From: an uncultured delta proteobacterium
GTDB taxonomy: Bacteria > Desulfobacterota > Binatia > Binatales > Binataceae
NCBI GenBank assembly: GCA_963813785.1
Contig: CAWFAJ010000010.1
Location: forward strand, 86,475-150,474
Direction: 5' to 3'
DNA: 64,000 bases
Shown here: positions 19,173 to 28,781 of the stretch, piece by piece
Layout: each line of letters starts with the position of its first letter
Numbering within the stretch: position 1 is the first letter of the stretch
Translations under genes and position numbers: made by a program
Notes under the pieces: generated by a model
Databases searched by the model: none
What the model was told of the DNA's origin: nothing
The model's input: the letters and a program-made list of their open reading frames with translations, nothing else

Positions 19173-20372
19173 TCAATTGCCTTTCTTTGAGCCAAGACCT
19201 AGAACGCGGCATACCGTCCTGGCGATCATGAGTTCTTCGTCCGTATGAATGACGCGGACAGCGACCCGGCCGGGCGCCGCGGAAATCACGCCCGCGTTCG
19301 CCGCGTTTCGCTTCTCTTCGAGTTCTATTCCCAGGAATCCCAGCCCATCGCAAATCCGGGTGCGGACCACGGGCGCGTTTTCGCCGATGCCGCCAGCGAA
19401 CACCAGCGTGTCCAGTCCGCCCAATGCCGCCGCGAATGCGCCGATCCATTTCTTGACCTGGTAGCAAAACAGCGCGACCGCCTCAGCCGCCCGCACGTCC
19501 TGCGTTTCATGCTCAAGCAAGTCATGCATGTCGGAACTGGTCTCCGACACGCCGAGCAGCCCGGACCGGAAATTGACCATCTCGTTGAATTGTTTCGCGT
19601 TCATTTTTTCAGTGCGCGCCAGATACCAAACCAGTCCGGGATCGAGATCGCCCGAGCGGGTGCTCATCGGCACTCCGGCGGTCGGAGTGAAACTCATGCT
19701 TGTGTCGATCGATTTGCCGTGACGAACTGCCGCCAGGCTCGCGCCGTTGCCTAGGTGAGCGAGAATGACCCGGCCTTGCACCGTTTCCGATCCTTCCAGG
19801 CGGGCCAGTTCTCCCATCAGAAACGCATACGACAACCCGTGGAACCCGTACCGCCGCACCCCTTGCGCTTCGTAGCGGCGCGGGATCGGCAACAAGCGGG
19901 CGACTTGCGGCAGGTCATGGTGAAAAGCCGTGTCGAAACACGCCACTTGGGGCAGGTCAGGAAATCGGCGATGAAACGCCTCGGTCAAGAGGATCTCTTC
20001 GGGCAAATGGTCTGGATCGAAGGGACTGAGGTGGTGCAGTTCCTCAACCATCTCCGGAGTGATTCGATCCGCCTCGAAATACTTCGGCCCGCCATGCACC
20101 ACGCGATGCCCCACCGCGGTCAATGCATCGCGGCCGCTGCGTTCTTCGATCCAATCCATCAACACATTCACCGCGACCGTGTGGTTCGGCACAGCCAACG
20201 GTCGGGAAAAGTTCTCCGAACCTTTGACTGCAAACGTGGCGCCCGCCAGGCCGATCCGTTCGATACTCCCATCCAACGCGCGGCGGATCGACTCGCCAGC
20301 TTCGAACAACGCGAACTTGATGCTCGACGAACCGCCATTGACCGTCAGAATGCGCGGGCTAGCCGGCTTCAT
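19173..20372 (-). CDS. ackA: Acetate/propionate kinase
   Basis: NGGSSSIK, GHRVVHGG, FDTAFH, RYGFHGLS, HLGNGAS, TRSGD, GGIGEN, TDEE. Confidence 0.95.
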   Translation of the reverse strand: MKPASPRILTVNGGSSSIKFALFEAGESIRRALDGSIERIGLAGATFAVKGSENFSRPLAVPNHTVAVNVLMDWIEERSGRDALTAVGHRVVHGGPKYFEADRITPEMVEELHHLSPFDPDHLPEEILLTEAFHRRFPDLPQVACFDTAFHHDLPQVARLLPIPRRYEAQGVRRYGFHGLSYAFLMGELARLEGSETVQGRVILAHLGNGASLAAVRHGKSIDTSMSFTPTAGVPMSTRSGDLDPGLVWYLARTEKMNAKQFNEMVNFRSGLLGVSETSSDMHDLLEHETQDVRAAEAVALFCYQVKKWIGAFAAALGGLDTLVFAGGIGENAPVVRTRICDGLGFLGIELEEKRNAANAGVISAAPGRVAVRVIHTDEELMIARTVCRVLGLGSKKGN

Positions 20373-20386
20373 GGATGACTCCTTTA

Positions 20387-20767
20387 TCAGTGCGCAATCC
20401 GAACGAAGCCAGTTTCGCGCACGTGGAGATGTAATCCGTGTGAAGAATGCCCGTACCGGACCTTGAGCTGAGCGACCATCTCAATCATGTCGGGGTAAGG
20501 TTTCGATTGCGCGAACATGAAGCGCTGAAACTGAGCCCGGGTGAATGGCCGCTTTTGGTAGAAGACCACCCGGCCTAAATATTCTTCCAGCGTGAGCTTC
20601 CCCTCCTCATAGGTGTCGAAGGTCAGGTGATGCCGATCCTCCATCTCGGCCAACTCCAGCTTGAAGTTAGCCGCCGCCCGCTTGCGGGCGTTATGATCCC
20701 ACCCGTTGCTGAGCAGGACACCGCCGATATCGAGAAACATGCAGGTGATTGCAGTCGCGTTCTTCAT
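20387..20767 (-). pseudogene. HAD-family hydrolase with internal deletion and frameshift
   Basis: Motif I FLDIGGVL and cap present; breaks after LKVRYG, so motifs II-IV are absent; the family-like C-terminus GILHTDYISTCAKLASFGL follows immediately in another frame. Confidence 0.75.
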
Positions 20768-20774
20768 CGCCCTT

Positions 20775-22073
20775 TCATAACCAACCCCCGCAAAATCCGG
20801 CTCGATGCAAGCCACTGGCGATGTATGGGCAGTCTCGCATCAATCGCCACAATAAGCCGGTGCGATAGTTTTCGATCATCAAGACAATCGGCCCTTGATT
20901 AAGCCCGTAATGCCATGGTGATACCCAGCCATAGGGATTGCCGGATTTTACCGGGTAGGTCGGGTTAAAAGTCGCTTTGAAGCCGTAGGGGTTAAACTCT
21001 GTCAATTTAACCTGACTAATAAAGTAGTCGATCGTGGGCAGCACGATCTCGGGCGCAAACGGCAGCGATGTAACTACTGCCCACGGCGCGATGGTGCCGT
21101 CGTCGGGTCCATACGGCACGCCTCGTCCCAGGTAATCGAAGAATTGGCGCTCGATGCCGTTCAGTTTGATTGTCTCGAAGCCGGGGCCGTCGCTCGCAGT
21201 AATTCCCCAGCAATAGCGGCCATAGCCGGCGAACTTGTGCGGGTTGTCCATCGCGTACTGTTGCTGGACATAGGTCGCGCGACGGCTGTTCTCGAAATAG
21301 TCGATGCCCTTTGCGCGCATGTACGCGTCCTGAATACCGCGAAAATCAATCCAGAGGTGGGAGAGCTGGTGCGTGAACAATGGCCCGGCGTAAAGGTATT
21401 CATACCCGTAACAGTGTTCCCACCGATAAGTCGAACTCCAAGCCGTGTAGCAACTCTCGGGCAGCGGATGAGCGGGCGAGCCCAGCCCCAGGATATACAG
21501 CAGCATTGCCTCGTCGTAGCCTGCCCAACGGTATTTGAGAAACCCGCTCTCGGGCTTCCATCCATGCGTAAGCGTTGCGCCACGGTTTTGCGCCCATTGA
21601 AAATCCGCGCGGCGATAGAGTTGGTCGGCGAGGGTTCGGATTTCATGCTCGTCGACAGAATCCGCGTCAAAATAAACTCCGGCCGTCAACGCACCCGCGA
21701 GCAGAAAAGCGCTATCTATCGTTGACAGCTCACATTGCCAGGCGCGCCGGCCGCTCCGCATGTCGAGAAAGTGATAGTACAGGCCCTGGTAGCCGGTGGC
21801 GTCTGGTTCGGGACCTTGCGGGCTGTTCCAGAAAAAACGCAGCGTGGTCAGCGTTCGTTCTACCGCTGAGGCACGCGGCATAAATCCGCGCTCGACAGAC
21901 ACCGGGTAAGCCGCCAACGCGAAGCCGGTAGCGGCAATACTGGCAGGCCAATTCGCTGCGGTCTTGTCGATCACCAGCCCGTTCTCTGTATTCGTCTCAT
22001 GCAGAAAGTAGCTGAATGATTGGTGCTGAAGCCTTTCCAGCTCAGCTTCGCCGATTGGTTGCGCGCCGCTCAT
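20775..22073 (-). CDS. Glucoamylase-family (GH144-like beta-1,2-glucanase) protein
   Basis: SIAATGF, YYHFLD, ELSTID, GWKPE, GYDEA, GPLFTHQ, WGITAS, DGTIAP, QGPIV. Confidence 0.88.
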   Translation of the reverse strand: MSGAQPIGEAELERLQHQSFSYFLHETNTENGLVIDKTAANWPASIAATGFALAAYPVSVERGFMPRASAVERTLTTLRFFWNSPQGPEPDATGYQGLYYHFLDMRSGRRAWQCELSTIDSAFLLAGALTAGVYFDADSVDEHEIRTLADQLYRRADFQWAQNRGATLTHGWKPESGFLKYRWAGYDEAMLLYILGLGSPAHPLPESCYTAWSSTYRWEHCYGYEYLYAGPLFTHQLSHLWIDFRGIQDAYMRAKGIDYFENSRRATYVQQQYAMDNPHKFAGYGRYCWGITASDGPGFETIKLNGIERQFFDYLGRGVPYGPDDGTIAPWAVVTSLPFAPEIVLPTIDYFISQVKLTEFNPYGFKATFNPTYPVKSGNPYGWVSPWHYGLNQGPIVLMIENYRTGLLWRLMRDCPYIASGLHRAGFCGGWL

Positions 22074-22162
22074 GGATTCACCTGGACGCAGTCACCAGTC
22101 CCGGCACATTCACCAGCATCGAGAGCGGCGCGGCTTTCCTGCCAGCGGGCTAACCTTCGTGC

Positions 22163-23251
22163 TCATTTCTGGCTCTTGAGCTGAGCGCTCTTGTGCGCGA
22201 TGCCGTCGAGAAGGTCGTCCCAGGACTTGACGAACGACGCCGCTCCCTCGCGCTGCAGTTGTTCCGCCAGAGCGTAGAGGTCGATACCCGCCTGCGTGAA
22301 CCGCTCGAGGTCTTGCTCCGCGTGGCCGCCGTCGGGCGGCATCGCCGCGCCGATGTCGCCGTGGTTGGCGAACGCCTGCAAGGTATTCTCCGGCATGGTG
22401 TTCACCGAGTACGGCGCGGCCAGCGACTTGACGTACAGGATGTCCGACGCTTTCGGATCCTTGGTGCCGGTGCTCGCCCATAACATGCGCTGCGAGCGCG
22501 CGCCGGCATTGAGGAGACGCAGCCAGCGATCGGAAGCGAGCAGATCGCGGTAGGCTTTATAGGTATCCATGGCCACCGCGATACCGAGCTGGTTCAGGAG
22601 GCTTGCGGGCGCCTTCGCCGCTATGGCCACGTCCCAGCGGCTGACGAACAGCGAGGCGACGGAGGCTACCTGTGGATTCAAGCCCGCGGCGACGCGTCGT
22701 TCGATACCACGGATGTACGCCTCGGCAGCCGCCACGTATTGCTGGCGCGAGAAGAGCAGTGTCACGTTGACCGGCACACCTGCGAAGATCGACTCCTCGA
22801 TGGCCGGGAGGCCCTCGCGCGTGCCGGGAATCTTGATGAACAGGTTGGGCCGGGCCGCCCGCGCGTGAAGTTCCTGCGCCGCCGCGATGGTGCTCTTGGT
22901 GTCGTAGGCAAGCTTGGGTGAGACCTCGAGCGACACCCAGCCGTCGACCCGATTGGTCGCCTCGTGGATCGGACGGAAGAGATCGGCGGCGGACGTCAGG
23001 TCTTCGATCGCGAGCTCGAAGAACAGCGCCTCGCCCGACTTGCCTTCCTTCAATTTCTGGCGGATGCCGTCGTCGTAGTCGTGACTGTTCTTCATGGCGT
23101 GGTCGAAGATTGTGGGGTTCGAGGTAAGCCCACTGACTGAGAACTCCTGAATGTAGCGGCGGAGCGTGCCGCTGGTCAGCAGACCACGGGTGATATTGTC
23201 GAGCCAGAGGCTCTGGCCCATTTCGTGGAGTTGTTGGGTCGCTTTCATCAT
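22163..23251 (-). CDS. tal: Transaldolase
   Basis: LWLDN, GLTSNPTIF, VSLEVSP, FIKIPGT, NVTLLFS, LWASTGTK. Confidence 0.95.
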   Translation of the reverse strand: MMKATQQLHEMGQSLWLDNITRGLLTSGTLRRYIQEFSVSGLTSNPTIFDHAMKNSHDYDDGIRQKLKEGKSGEALFFELAIEDLTSAADLFRPIHEATNRVDGWVSLEVSPKLAYDTKSTIAAAQELHARAARPNLFIKIPGTREGLPAIEESIFAGVPVNVTLLFSRQQYVAAAEAYIRGIERRVAAGLNPQVASVASLFVSRWDVAIAAKAPASLLNQLGIAVAMDTYKAYRDLLASDRWLRLLNAGARSQRMLWASTGTKDPKASDILYVKSLAAPYSVNTMPENTLQAFANHGDIGAAMPPDGGHAEQDLERFTQAGIDLYALAEQLQREGAASFVKSWDDLLDGIAHKSAQLKSQK

Positions 23252-23331
23252 TTCTCTCCTGGACAGAACGGTGCGGCGTTAGTGTGGCCGGCGGCGATCA
23301 GGCCGAGCAGGGGCGCGGCCGCGGGGGACCG

Positions 23332-24729
23332 TCATCCGGATGCCTCCTTGAGTTTAGGGTCGTGCCAACGATCGTGTGAAGCGAGGATCGCATCAGCCGC
23401 TTTCGGCCCCCAACTGTGGCGCTTATAGGGCCGAACCCGGTGATGGTTCTTAAGGACCGGGTCGACTACCGACCAGGCGGCCTCAACCGCATCCTCACGG
23501 GTGAACAGCGCTCCGTCGCCGACCATGGCGTCGGTCAAAAGCCGCTCGTAGGGCGCTTCCTCTCCCGGCTGCTCTTCGGACAGGTAGAGCTCTCGCTGGT
23601 CGCCGACGAACTCCTTGCCAGCGCGCTTGACGCGAGCCGCGAGCGCGACGGCGGAGCCGGGAGAGAGCCGGAAGCGCACATAGTTGGTGCGGCCAATGAC
23701 AGGCGCTGAGTCGGCGAAAAGCCTCTGCGGCGGCGGCTGCAGTTCCACCAGGACCTCGGTCGCCGTTTCGGCCAGGTATTTGCCCGAGCGCAGGTACCAC
23801 GGCACCCCGGCCCATCGCCACGAGTCGATGAACAGCCGCAGCGCGCAGAAAGTCTCGACGTCGGAGTTCTTCGCCACGTCCGGCTCGTTGCGGTAGCCAG
23901 CGTACTGGCCGCGCACCAAGTCGTCGGGCTTCAGCGGGCGCATGGCTTGAAAGACCTTGGCTTTCTCGCTGTGCACGGCTCCAAAGTCCCTATCGGCCGG
24001 CGGCTCCATGGCAAGCAGCGCGACGATCTGGAAAAGGTGGTTCTCGATCACGTCGCGCAGGCAGCCGGCGGTTTCGTAAAACGCGCCGCGGTCCTCCACG
24101 CCGATTTCCTCGGATAGGGTTACCTGGACGCTGGCCACGCAGTTGCGGTTCCAGATCGGCTCGAGAAAGGAATTGGCGAAGCGGAAATAGAGGATGTTCA
24201 TGATCGCCTCCTTTCCCAGGAAGTGATCGATGCGGAAAATCGAGTCTTGCGTGAACACTTTCTGCGCGACGCGGTTGAGCTCCCGCGCGGACGCCAGGTC
24301 GCGTCCGAACGGCTTTTCAACAATGACGCGCGCATGCTCGGCCAAGTTCGCGGCACCCAGCCCTTTGATCACCGTCTCGAAGAGCGGAGGCGGGATGGCG
24401 AGGTAGTGCGCCGGGCGCCTGGCGTCACCGAGCGCCTCCCTTATCGCCGCGAACGTGCGTTGATCATTATAATCCCCACTCACGTACTTGAGGTGGGACA
24501 GAAGGTGGTGGAGGGCGCGCTGGTTATCGATCCCGCCCGATCGCCTGATGCTGTCCGTCACGCGTTTGTGCAGACGCACCAGACTCCACTTCGGGAAGGC
24601 GACGCCGATTACCGGGACCTTCAGCGTGCCTCGTTTCGCCATCGCATAGAGGGCGGGGAAGATCATCTTGTGGGCGAGATCTCCCGTCACACCGAAGAGC
24701 ACCAGCGCGTCAGAACGAGACGCGGTCAT
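23332..24729 (-). CDS. zwf: Glucose-6-phosphate 1-dehydrogenase
   Basis: FGVTGDLA, VEKPFG, RIDHFLGKE, RWAGVP. Confidence 0.96.
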   Translation of the reverse strand: MTASRSDALVLFGVTGDLAHKMIFPALYAMAKRGTLKVPVIGVAFPKWSLVRLHKRVTDSIRRSGGIDNQRALHHLLSHLKYVSGDYNDQRTFAAIREALGDARRPAHYLAIPPPLFETVIKGLGAANLAEHARVIVEKPFGRDLASARELNRVAQKVFTQDSIFRIDHFLGKEAIMNILYFRFANSFLEPIWNRNCVASVQVTLSEEIGVEDRGAFYETAGCLRDVIENHLFQIVALLAMEPPADRDFGAVHSEKAKVFQAMRPLKPDDLVRGQYAGYRNEPDVAKNSDVETFCALRLFIDSWRWAGVPWYLRSGKYLAETATEVLVELQPPPQRLFADSAPVIGRTNYVRFRLSPGSAVALAARVKRAGKEFVGDQRELYLSEEQPGEEAPYERLLTDAMVGDGALFTREDAVEAAWSVVDPVLKNHHRVRPYKRHSWGPKAADAILASHDRWHDPKLKEASG

Positions 24730-24818
24730 CAGGCGCCTCGCTGGCCGGCGGCGGCCGGAGTTTTAAAAAACATGCGGCCCGTGCGGCCGAAGCCGTTGAA
24801 CGCAATACTGGCTGACAC
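24729..24818 (-). pseudogene. GAPDH 5' fragment fused to an unrelated tail; 29-aa ORF coupled to zwf
   Basis: GTG start with GAGGG upstream; VSASIAFNGFGRTGRMFF resembles GAPDH INGFGRIGR; stop overlaps zwf start (TGATG). Confidence 0.7.
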
Positions 24819-25340
24819 TTTTGTAAGTCCCTCGGATTCGAAAATGGACCGTAACACGACAAAATCACCCAACACCTTGAGCTAGAATTGCTCGGTGCTG
24901 GTACGAACAACGCTTCGCGAGTTATTTTAGCGCAGATTCGGCGTTCGGCTCATCCCGCAATCGGCAATATTTGTTCCTCGGATTACAAAGCGCGCTTAAC
25001 GTCTTGACGGAGTTGCACGCATACGGAGTCCAGGGAGTTCCCGTAAAACCGTTCGGTTGATGGAACAGATGACATCCTTATGAAAGCCCGCATTGTGGAG
25101 AATTCTTGAGTTCTTCGTGAGATAGGAGTCGTAGCTATTGTCGTCGCACGCCGTCAGCCCGATATTTCAGAGGTGGCGAGCCGGTTGGAGCAAACAATCA
25201 AGATTCGTCGATGAGAAGTGGAAGGATTATAGCGGCGCTGTTTGCGCGTATCGGCACATCCGCGCTATGCGTTAGATCGTCGTGACACGCTTGGTGTTCT
25301 GCAATTTCCAGTTGCGTTTAGCAAAACTGCCGGGGGCCGC

Positions 25341-26666
25341 ATGGCCGAACGCTGTGACGTAGCGATCGTTGGAGCCGGGCCGGGCGCTTCGATTGCCGCA
25401 TATATCCTCGCCAAGGGCGGGCTCGAAGTGATTATGTTCGAGCGCGGCGACTACCCGGGCTCAAAGGCGATGTTCGGTGGTGTGCTCTACACGACCGTGC
25501 TCAGCAAGTACTTTCCGGACTTTCCGGGAGCAGGCTGCGTCGAGCGCCACGTCATCGAAAAGCGTTTCTCGATGCTTTCGGCGAGCGATGAGCTTGCGCT
25601 CTCGTTCAAGTTCCTCGATTTCGAGCCTCCTTATTACAACCATTCGTTCACGGCCCTGCGCGCTATATTCGACCGCTACCTGGCCAAAAAGGCGGAAGCG
25701 GCAGGCGCGCTGCTGGTCACGCAGACGGTTGTCGACGAGGTAATCGCGAGCGAAGGCCGGGTGGTGGGAGTTCGCGCGCGGCGCGAGGGTGGCGAGGTGC
25801 TCGCCAACGTGGTGATCGCCGCGGACGGCGCGAATTCGCTGATCGCGCAGTCGGCGGGGCTTCGCGGCGAGCTTCCGCTCTCGGTGATTCTCGGCGTCAA
25901 GGAGGTGGTCTCCCTGCCGCGCGAAGTCATCGAGGATCGCTTTTCGCTGGAAGGAGACGAAGGCGCGGCGTACGAGTATCTCGGCGGCGGCGCGGTGCGG
26001 GGCGCGATGGGGGCGGGTTTCCTCTACACCAACCGCGACACGATTTCCGTAGGCTACGGGATCCCGCTAGGCGCGCTCAAAGCGCTGGGCGCCCAGCCCG
26101 ACGAGCTGTTGAACGAATTCAAGATGCATCCGGTGGTGCGCCGTCTACTGCGTGGCACCACGCCCGAGGAGTACTCGGCGCATCTGATTCCGGAGATGAC
26201 GCCGCGCGACCTGCCGCATTTCGTGGGCGACGGAATTGTCGTAATCGGCGGCGCTGCCGGGCTGGTCAATGCGAACCCGCTATTCCACGAGGGCACCAAC
26301 ATGGCGATGGCCTCGGGGGTGATGGCGGCCGAGACGATTCTCCAGGCGCACAAGGCGGGCGACTATTCGGCCAAGGCGCTCGAGCCCTACGCGAGCCGCC
26401 TTCGCGAGAGCTTCGCGTGGCAGGATTACGATCGCTATCAGGGGCTGACGCGGATGGCCGAGACCCATCCCCAGTTCTTCAGCAAATACCCCTACGAATT
26501 CACCAAGCTCGCGCGCAAGTTGTTTTCCGTCGAGCCCACCGATGACGGGATGCAGGTGCCCAAGCGCACGCTGGAGCTGGCCGTCGCGGATCACGTACTC
26601 GCCGAGCTCGGGCTGATGAGCCTCGGCCTGGACCTTCTCGCGGCCGGCAAGGCGGCTATACTCTAA
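25341..26666 (+). CDS. fixC: FixC-like FAD-dependent (ETF:quinone) oxidoreductase
   Basis: GAGPG, ERGDYPGSKAMFGG, ADGANS, GAGFLYTNRDT, EYSAHLIPE, EGTNMAMASG. Confidence 0.85.
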   Translation: MAERCDVAIVGAGPGASIAAYILAKGGLEVIMFERGDYPGSKAMFGGVLYTTVLSKYFPDFPGAGCVERHVIEKRFSMLSASDELALSFKFLDFEPPYYNHSFTALRAIFDRYLAKKAEAAGALLVTQTVVDEVIASEGRVVGVRARREGGEVLANVVIAADGANSLIAQSAGLRGELPLSVILGVKEVVSLPREVIEDRFSLEGDEGAAYEYLGGGAVRGAMGAGFLYTNRDTISVGYGIPLGALKALGAQPDELLNEFKMHPVVRRLLRGTTPEEYSAHLIPEMTPRDLPHFVGDGIVVIGGAAGLVNANPLFHEGTNMAMASGVMAAETILQAHKAGDYSAKALEPYASRLRESFAWQDYDRYQGLTRMAETHPQFFSKYPYEFTKLARKLFSVEPTDDGMQVPKRTLELAVADHVLAELGLMSLGLDLLAAGKAAIL

Positions 26667-26698
26667 GGGCACAGACCAGGGAAGGAGAACTGGTTGCA

Positions 26699-27055
26699 AT
26701 GGCAGCGGAAGTCAAAAATTCATCCGGCATTGCGAAGCTCAGCGGGTTGGCGAACTTTCTAGGGCCGCCCAAGTTGCTCGGCCGCGATGACAAACTCGCG
26801 ACCCTGGTGATGAAGGTTGACGAAGGAAGTCCGCACCTCAAGATCATCGATCAGGGGGTCTGCCTCAAATGCCTCGACAAACCCTGCACGGTGACATGCC
26901 CGGTTGAAAACTACAAAGTCGAGGACAACGGTCACACGACGATATACTGGAGCAACTGTATCGAGTGCGGCACCTGCAGGATCATCTGCCCGTTCCACAA
27001 CATCTCGTGGCGATACCCAAGTGGCGGATTCGGCATGACCTACCGCTACGGCTGA
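26699..27055 (+). CDS. fixX: FixX-like ferredoxin
   Basis: PHLKI, CLKCLDKPCTVTCP, CIECGTCRIICP, WRYPSGGFGMTYRYG. Confidence 0.88.
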   Translation: MAAEVKNSSGIAKLSGLANFLGPPKLLGRDDKLATLVMKVDEGSPHLKIIDQGVCLKCLDKPCTVTCPVENYKVEDNGHTTIYWSNCIECGTCRIICPFHNISWRYPSGGFGMTYRYG

Positions 27056-27072
27056 AGCGAGGAGATCGGAAG

Positions 27073-27360
27073 ATGCGAATTAAATCGCGCGCCGGCAATT
27101 TCAATATGACGATCGAGGACGTCGGGGTCGAGGACGGCGAACTCATAATGACCGGCAAGATGGGAGTGTGGTCGGCCAAGACCATGCTCAGCGTCGATGA
27201 GCTGCGGGAAATGCTGGGCACAATGAAGGTCAGCGCCAAGGTAGTCGATTTCGCCGCGCTGTTCGCCTTCCGCTACCTGGTCGGGCTGGTCGAGGAAGAT
27301 CGCCGCCGACGGCTTGCTCCCACCGCACCACCCGCCGCGCCGGCACCGAAGCCGCAATGA
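27073..27360 (+). CDS. Hypothetical protein (95 aa)
   Basis: RBS GAGGAG, co-oriented between fixX and next gene; beta-rich N-terminus plus amphipathic/hydrophobic helix. Confidence 0.75.
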   Translation: MRIKSRAGNFNMTIEDVGVEDGELIMTGKMGVWSAKTMLSVDELREMLGTMKVSAKVVDFAALFAFRYLVGLVEEDRRRRLAPTAPPAAPAPKPQ

Positions 27361-27391
27361 ATCGCGCTCGCGAGCGCAGGAGGATATTGAC

Positions 27392-28747
27392 ATGGCTGAT
27401 GACATCAAGCTCTCGGAACTAGAACAGGTCGACGAGGCGTTCAACTTCCCGCTCTTCGACGCAATCTTCAACCGCCGCTCGCGCCGCTTCGGCTTGGGCA
27501 TGGAGATCAAGGAGGGCCCCAACAAGCACAAGTCGCAGCACCCGCCGCTGCCGCTCGATGAAGTCGAGGAAGCGATCCTGATCGCGGCCGGCACCGGGGT
27601 CTCGGGCCTCAACCTGTCCGACATGCCGCACACGCCGCGTCCGGACAATCTCGATGCCGTCCAGAACTGGGATGGGATGTGCAATACGATGGTCGAGCAC
27701 GTGGGGCGCACCTGGGCGAGCCCGTGCGGAAATCACGGCACCGAGCTCTTTTATACCAATGACGAGGGTGTTTACCTGATGAAGTTGCGCGACGTGCAGC
27801 CGGTGCATTTGCAGGAGGTCGCCTCCAGGAGCGATCGCGATCGGCTGCTCGATTTCGTGCGCCAGAACCGCGTCAAGCTGTTCGACGGGCGGCTCGATGT
27901 TCCGCGCAATACCGGCGCAATCATGTCATTCAACCTGTGGAACGCAAACATGCCCGGCAGCACCCTGTTCATGCCGGTGACCGACATCACCGAGGAAATG
28001 ATCAATGCGGTGATGTTGCAGGCGGACCTGGGTCAATATGTCGTCGATGATCGCAACAATATGCGTCCCTGCATCGACCAGCGCTGGATTCGCGAGGGCT
28101 GGGTTGACACGCCGGTGCCGCTCTCGATGTTCGAGAACCAAATGATGCTTGCCACTGCCGGCGCTGAGGGCGCGTTCATCGGCCACAACATACTGCTGGC
28201 CGAGCAGGCGCTGGGCCTGGGCGGATGGTTGTACGGCGGAATGAATAGCCTGGTGGTCATGGGCGGCACACCGACAGGCTGCGGACTCGGCTTTCGCTTC
28301 GAGTCGAACCCGAAGAACCCGGACGCCTTTGCAGCTCCGGTCGGAATCGACGGCCAGTTCGAGACCTTCCGGCCGCCCTACTACAAGGACATGGACGCGG
28401 CGGTCGATGCGGTGGTGGCGAAGAAGTTCGGCCCCAACGGCACCTTCAACCCGTTCGCGAAAAAGCCCGTGCCGTACAAGAACCGCGCAGACTTCCTGCG
28501 CCAGGTACCGCACACGCCGGAAAAGACCATCCAGATCTGCAAGGAGACTTGCCGCTATGTCTGGGATACGTTCGGCACCTTCCCCGCGTTCGCTCCGCCG
28601 GCGGTGCTCTACGTGTACATCCAGGCGCAGCACATCGAGCTTGAATTTTACGACAAGTACTATGATGGCCCCGCCTATCTGAAGAGCCACAAGGATCACA
28701 TGAGCAAGTGGCATGCGGGGGCGGCGAGGATGCGCAAGGTCGCCTAA
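27392..28747 (+). CDS. Large nitroreductase-like putative FMN protein of unknown function
   Basis: RBS AGGAGG; FMN-phosphate-type motif NRRSRRF, RTWASP, GHNILLAEQALGLGGW. Confidence 0.7.
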   Translation: MADDIKLSELEQVDEAFNFPLFDAIFNRRSRRFGLGMEIKEGPNKHKSQHPPLPLDEVEEAILIAAGTGVSGLNLSDMPHTPRPDNLDAVQNWDGMCNTMVEHVGRTWASPCGNHGTELFYTNDEGVYLMKLRDVQPVHLQEVASRSDRDRLLDFVRQNRVKLFDGRLDVPRNTGAIMSFNLWNANMPGSTLFMPVTDITEEMINAVMLQADLGQYVVDDRNNMRPCIDQRWIREGWVDTPVPLSMFENQMMLATAGAEGAFIGHNILLAEQALGLGGWLYGGMNSLVVMGGTPTGCGLGFRFESNPKNPDAFAAPVGIDGQFETFRPPYYKDMDAAVDAVVAKKFGPNGTFNPFAKKPVPYKNRADFLRQVPHTPEKTIQICKETCRYVWDTFGTFPAFAPPAVLYVYIQAQHIELEFYDKYYDGPAYLKSHKDHMSKWHAGAARMRKVA

Positions 28748-28781
28748 GCGATGCGGGTGGTGTTCGAAGAGGAGTCGATCC

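Noticed and set aside
24910-25340. AT-richer intergenic region as ncRNA or riboswitch
   Set aside because: No convincing stems, terminator or recognised motif; likely divergent promoters
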